NCBI GenBank assembly: GCA_028023455.1
Contig: JAQFVV010000005.1
Location: forward strand, 22,816,001-22,880,000
Reading direction: 5' to 3'
Length of the DNA: 64,000 nucleotides
Source: Epiperipatus broadwayi
Lineage: Eukaryota > Animalia > Onychophora
The translations under genes were made by a program, and so were the position numbers. The notes beneath the pieces are model-generated. The model was not told the origin of the DNA. It saw only the letters and a list, made by a program, of their open reading frames with translations, and made no database searches. Positions 60,337 through 64,000 of the stretch are shown here, piece after piece; the first letter of the stretch is position 1, and each line of letters opens with the position of its first letter.

Positions 60337-63300
60337 GATAATCAAAAAAGTAGGAAAAGTTAAAAATACATTAAAAGAAAAAGACATAGCATAAAATCCT
60401 ATGACAAATAATCTCTTATTAAATAAAGAATAAATAAATCTATAACCAAAATAAAACAAAGTTCATGATTACAAAAAATCAATCTAAATTACTTCATCTT
60501 GAAATTGATAGTAATATGGAAAAAGAAATGGAAACTTGAAACGAAATAGTTATACAAGATATAGAGGATAATACTGTAGGTAATATAAATGAGGAAGAAG
60601 ACATAGGTATATCTGGGGGAACTTTAGTGATAAATGTCCAAACATCAGAAACCAATAAAAATTTGATGAATCAAATAGAAAAGAAGAGAAAGCTAATTAT
60701 TCATCATTAAATCAAAAGATGTTAATGATGCAACAAATGTTCACACAGTTTAACAATGATATCTAGAAAGATGGACAATTTAAAAATGGAGATGAAAGTT
60801 GATCAACAAAATTTGAATGCAGATGTATCCATAAAGATGGAAAATTTAAAGATCTAACAGGTGAACTGTCCAAAATATTAGATAATATAAACATAGAATT
60901 GAAAGATGAGATATCACAGATACAAACTAGCATAAATAATAAAATACAAAAAATTCAGAAAGTCATTGAAAAAAAGACCATAATTGCCAAAAAAGGTTTA
61001 TTGAACTTGAGACAAAACTAGAAAACAAAATGGAAATCAAACATATGGAAATGAAAATTATATTTGATGAACTTTACAAAAATCAAAAAGAAAATAAGAG
61101 ACATGAATAAGAAGATGAAAAGCATTCATGTAGAAATTAGTAATCACAAAAAGGAACGAGAAATTCAAAAATATAACTAAAAAAAAATTCAATCCATTGA
61201 AAGTGATTACCAATGCCTTACTGTCAAACAAGATTTAATAAACAGACATGTGAAACAAAATAAAAATAATATTGAAATATTATTAGAAAATCAGTCAAGT
61301 ATATTAAACCAACTAGAAAATAAAAATATGGCAATAGAATAAATGATAAAAGGTTTAAGAAATGAATATGATAAAGAAAGACAAACAATGATAGAAAACC
61401 ATATACAAATTATTAAAAAGATTAAACTGTCTAATATGGAAGAAGATACCAGTGCAGATAAACTAAACTGCATAATGGAAGTAATCAATAAAATGAGGGA
61501 GAATCAAATTACAAAGGAACATTAAGATGAAACAGAAAATGAGATGGAAAGTATGTGAATGGAACAAAAAATAATGAAAATTTATATATTCCATAGAAGA
61601 ATGTATAAGACATCACAATATGCAATCGCTTGTTAATGTCCAAAAGAAATATATTAATAACCTCAACCATAGACTCCAAACTAATGCAATAAACCAATTC
61701 ATGAAATTGAAAAGATTCCAAGTTCTTACTAATGAAGCTCCAATACAACATTTGAAGAGTTTAAACTTATATTTTTCTGTTAATAATCTTACAGAAGGTG
61801 AAAAGATAATAGTGCCATATGCAAGGGGATGCGTTATCTTGGTGGGAATAATTATTTCAAATATCTAAAATGTTTGAATATCAAACATTATAAATAAAAA
61901 AATTTCTGGAATAATGAATGATTACAAAGAAGCATTATTATATCAAATTCTTCAGGAAAAATACAGAAGTATCCCTGGTGAGACACTAAGTTTTTTGGAG
62001 ACAAGTAGGTAAAGTAAAAACCCTCAATACTTATCACCTTAGTCAGAATCAAATCATATGAATTGTAAAACACAATTTACAATTAAAGATGGAGCAATCT
62101 TTGTTATATGCCAATACCCAACAATCAGAATATGAATCAAAAATATTTAGAAAAGAAAGAAGATATACCAATAAATGTTATCAGGTACAAAGGAAGCAAA
62201 AATAATAATAATTCTAGCCATCCACAAACTAAAATAATAAAGGGCAACGATAACACAGGGAACAAAATAGATACTGATATACATCAAATTTTAAACACCA
62301 ATTACCCAAAACAAAAAGTGGATATGATAAACACATACCCAAAATAGCAAATAAACCAAATTAAAGGGGGTCTTAAAAAATTAGCTCCTCTCCTCAAAGA
62401 CCCATATCAGAAATGAGGAACAAAAATAAGTTATTAATTTGAGAAATCACTAACATAATTTATTTGGAAGATAAAACACCTGATTATGCTTTACAAAACT
62501 GTCCAATGGTAGAAATATTCTTTGAAGATTTACTAGTAAAGACTTTATTAGACACTGGTAGCCAAATATCAGTGGTTTCTGATACATTGATAACAAATTA
62601 TTAAATAAAACCCACACATTAAAACTTTTGCTTTAATATCAATCCAGGTTACTATGGCTAATAATAGAAAAACCAAACTAGTACAAAACCAAATCTTGAT
62701 CAAATTGAAGATCCAACAAACAGTTATCTATCATGTGTTTTTAATATTAAATGGTCTTATACACAAAGTTATTTTAGGGATAGATTTCTTACATCTGAAC
62801 AACTATATAATTGATTTCTCAGAAAAATTAATTAGAGCAGGTGATGAGATTTTAAATATAAAATGTGAGATTATGCAAATTCACTCCCATACATGTTAAA
62901 TAAAAGACCAAGAATTAAAATAAAATAAAAAATTCAATTTATTTTAATGTCTTAAGTCAAGGGGAAATGTGATAATACGTAAACTTTTTACATACATATA
63001 TATGATTAATAAATACATCACATTTTATGCTATATATATTAAATAAATATTTGTTTTAATAAAATTAAAACATTAAGATGATTATTTATTATTTATTCAC
63101 TTATCTAAAACAATTGTTTAAACTAATTATTTTATTAACCAGGACATAAACGTGGAAACAATCTTAGGTCACTATCACATCCTAGTAACTAAACGCAAAG
63201 GAAATGAATTATAAAATCCAATTATTAATTACAATAATAATAATAGAATTTGAAATTGTGAAAATCATATAGTATCTTTAATACATACTGGAAGTCGATT

Positions 63301-64000
63301 CCACTATAAAAACTGGATCAAATAATTTAAAAATTAATCCTATCTTTTGCCAATGTACTTAGATACTATGCTTAATCATTTTGTATGTTCAAAATCAGAA
63401 CATACTAAAAAATGGATCAATAGTTTGAATGAACTTTCTTATTGATATAAAATTTTCATTATAAGAGAAAATAAATTACTCTTAATTAATATTAATCATA
63501 ATTTCAGAATGAAATTATATTTATTTTTCATTTGTTAATTAAAGAAACTCGGAAGATCATTCTAAACCAGTCTTCTAAGAAGACAAATTTAGTCAAAAAC
63601 ATAAATTATATTAAATATTTTAAGAAGATTAAAATAAGAAGAATGCATTGTGGGTAAATACCACTTGTCATAGGATGAAATGTTATTGTTTTAACTGAAA
63701 TCAATGTAATTTCATATTTCTACTAAATGCCTAAAGTATATGTATATTGCATCGATATTATTTTGAATAAAAATTCAATTGGTAGTGAAATAACCTGGAG
63801 ATGTCAACTACACACAATAGGAGGGATCCTAAAGAACAAAATATTCTGATTGCCTCTTTGATGGTTGATGACAGAAGAACATAGAACTTTATCATTAAGG
63901 AACATTTTGAGTTTCATCATAAAAAGGAACAGGGCAATACCCTATCAAACTTAGTACATCTTTTAATATTTGTATGCTATAGGTTTTGATATCTAAAAAT

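Larger units (their letters stand above)
49355..64000 (+). mobile_element. Old LTR retroelement (split 5' LTR, decayed gag-protease, PPT, 3' LTR running off the window)
   Basis: 49355-50200 aligns to 63150-64000 at roughly 80% by eye. The 5' LTR resumes at 58472 and ends CATTACA at 59171, followed by a degenerate Lys-type PBS. Decayed gag at 60500-62100. Protease LLDTGSQISVVS (DTG at 62551-62559) and ILGIDFL. PPT at 62959-62967 and TG start at 62968. True 5' start not resolved. Confidence 0.75.

Overview
Very AT-rich (roughly a quarter GC, by eye) eukaryotic, probably invertebrate, genomic DNA. It is dominated by transposable elements, and many old copies show CpG decay. Only one convincing host-type gene is visible: an uninterrupted ORF encoding a divergent Sox/SoxD-like HMG box (21209-21940). 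Three patterns stand out. (1) At least four unrelated families of Penelope-type, hammerhead-ribozyme-bearing insertions share one architecture: an asymmetric fold-back with an extra ~47-72-nt tail on one arm, usually flanked by an 8-14-bp TSD. A decayed GIY-YIG endonuclease lies near one family. (2) A young 8-kb LTR element (50490-58466) has TA...TA termini and a stack of about seven LTR-end plus tRNA-Lys primer-binding-site units, four of them inside both LTRs. It carries an intact 619-aa gag-like ORF whose capsid region appears replaced by an unrecognised domain, and it is nested in the LTR of an older relative. (3) The remainder is ordinary repeat content: degenerate Ty3/Gypsy elements, RTE LINE fragments, a tRNA-derived SINE, and hAT and other MITEs. 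All alignments, folds and identity figures were done by eye and need computational confirmation.
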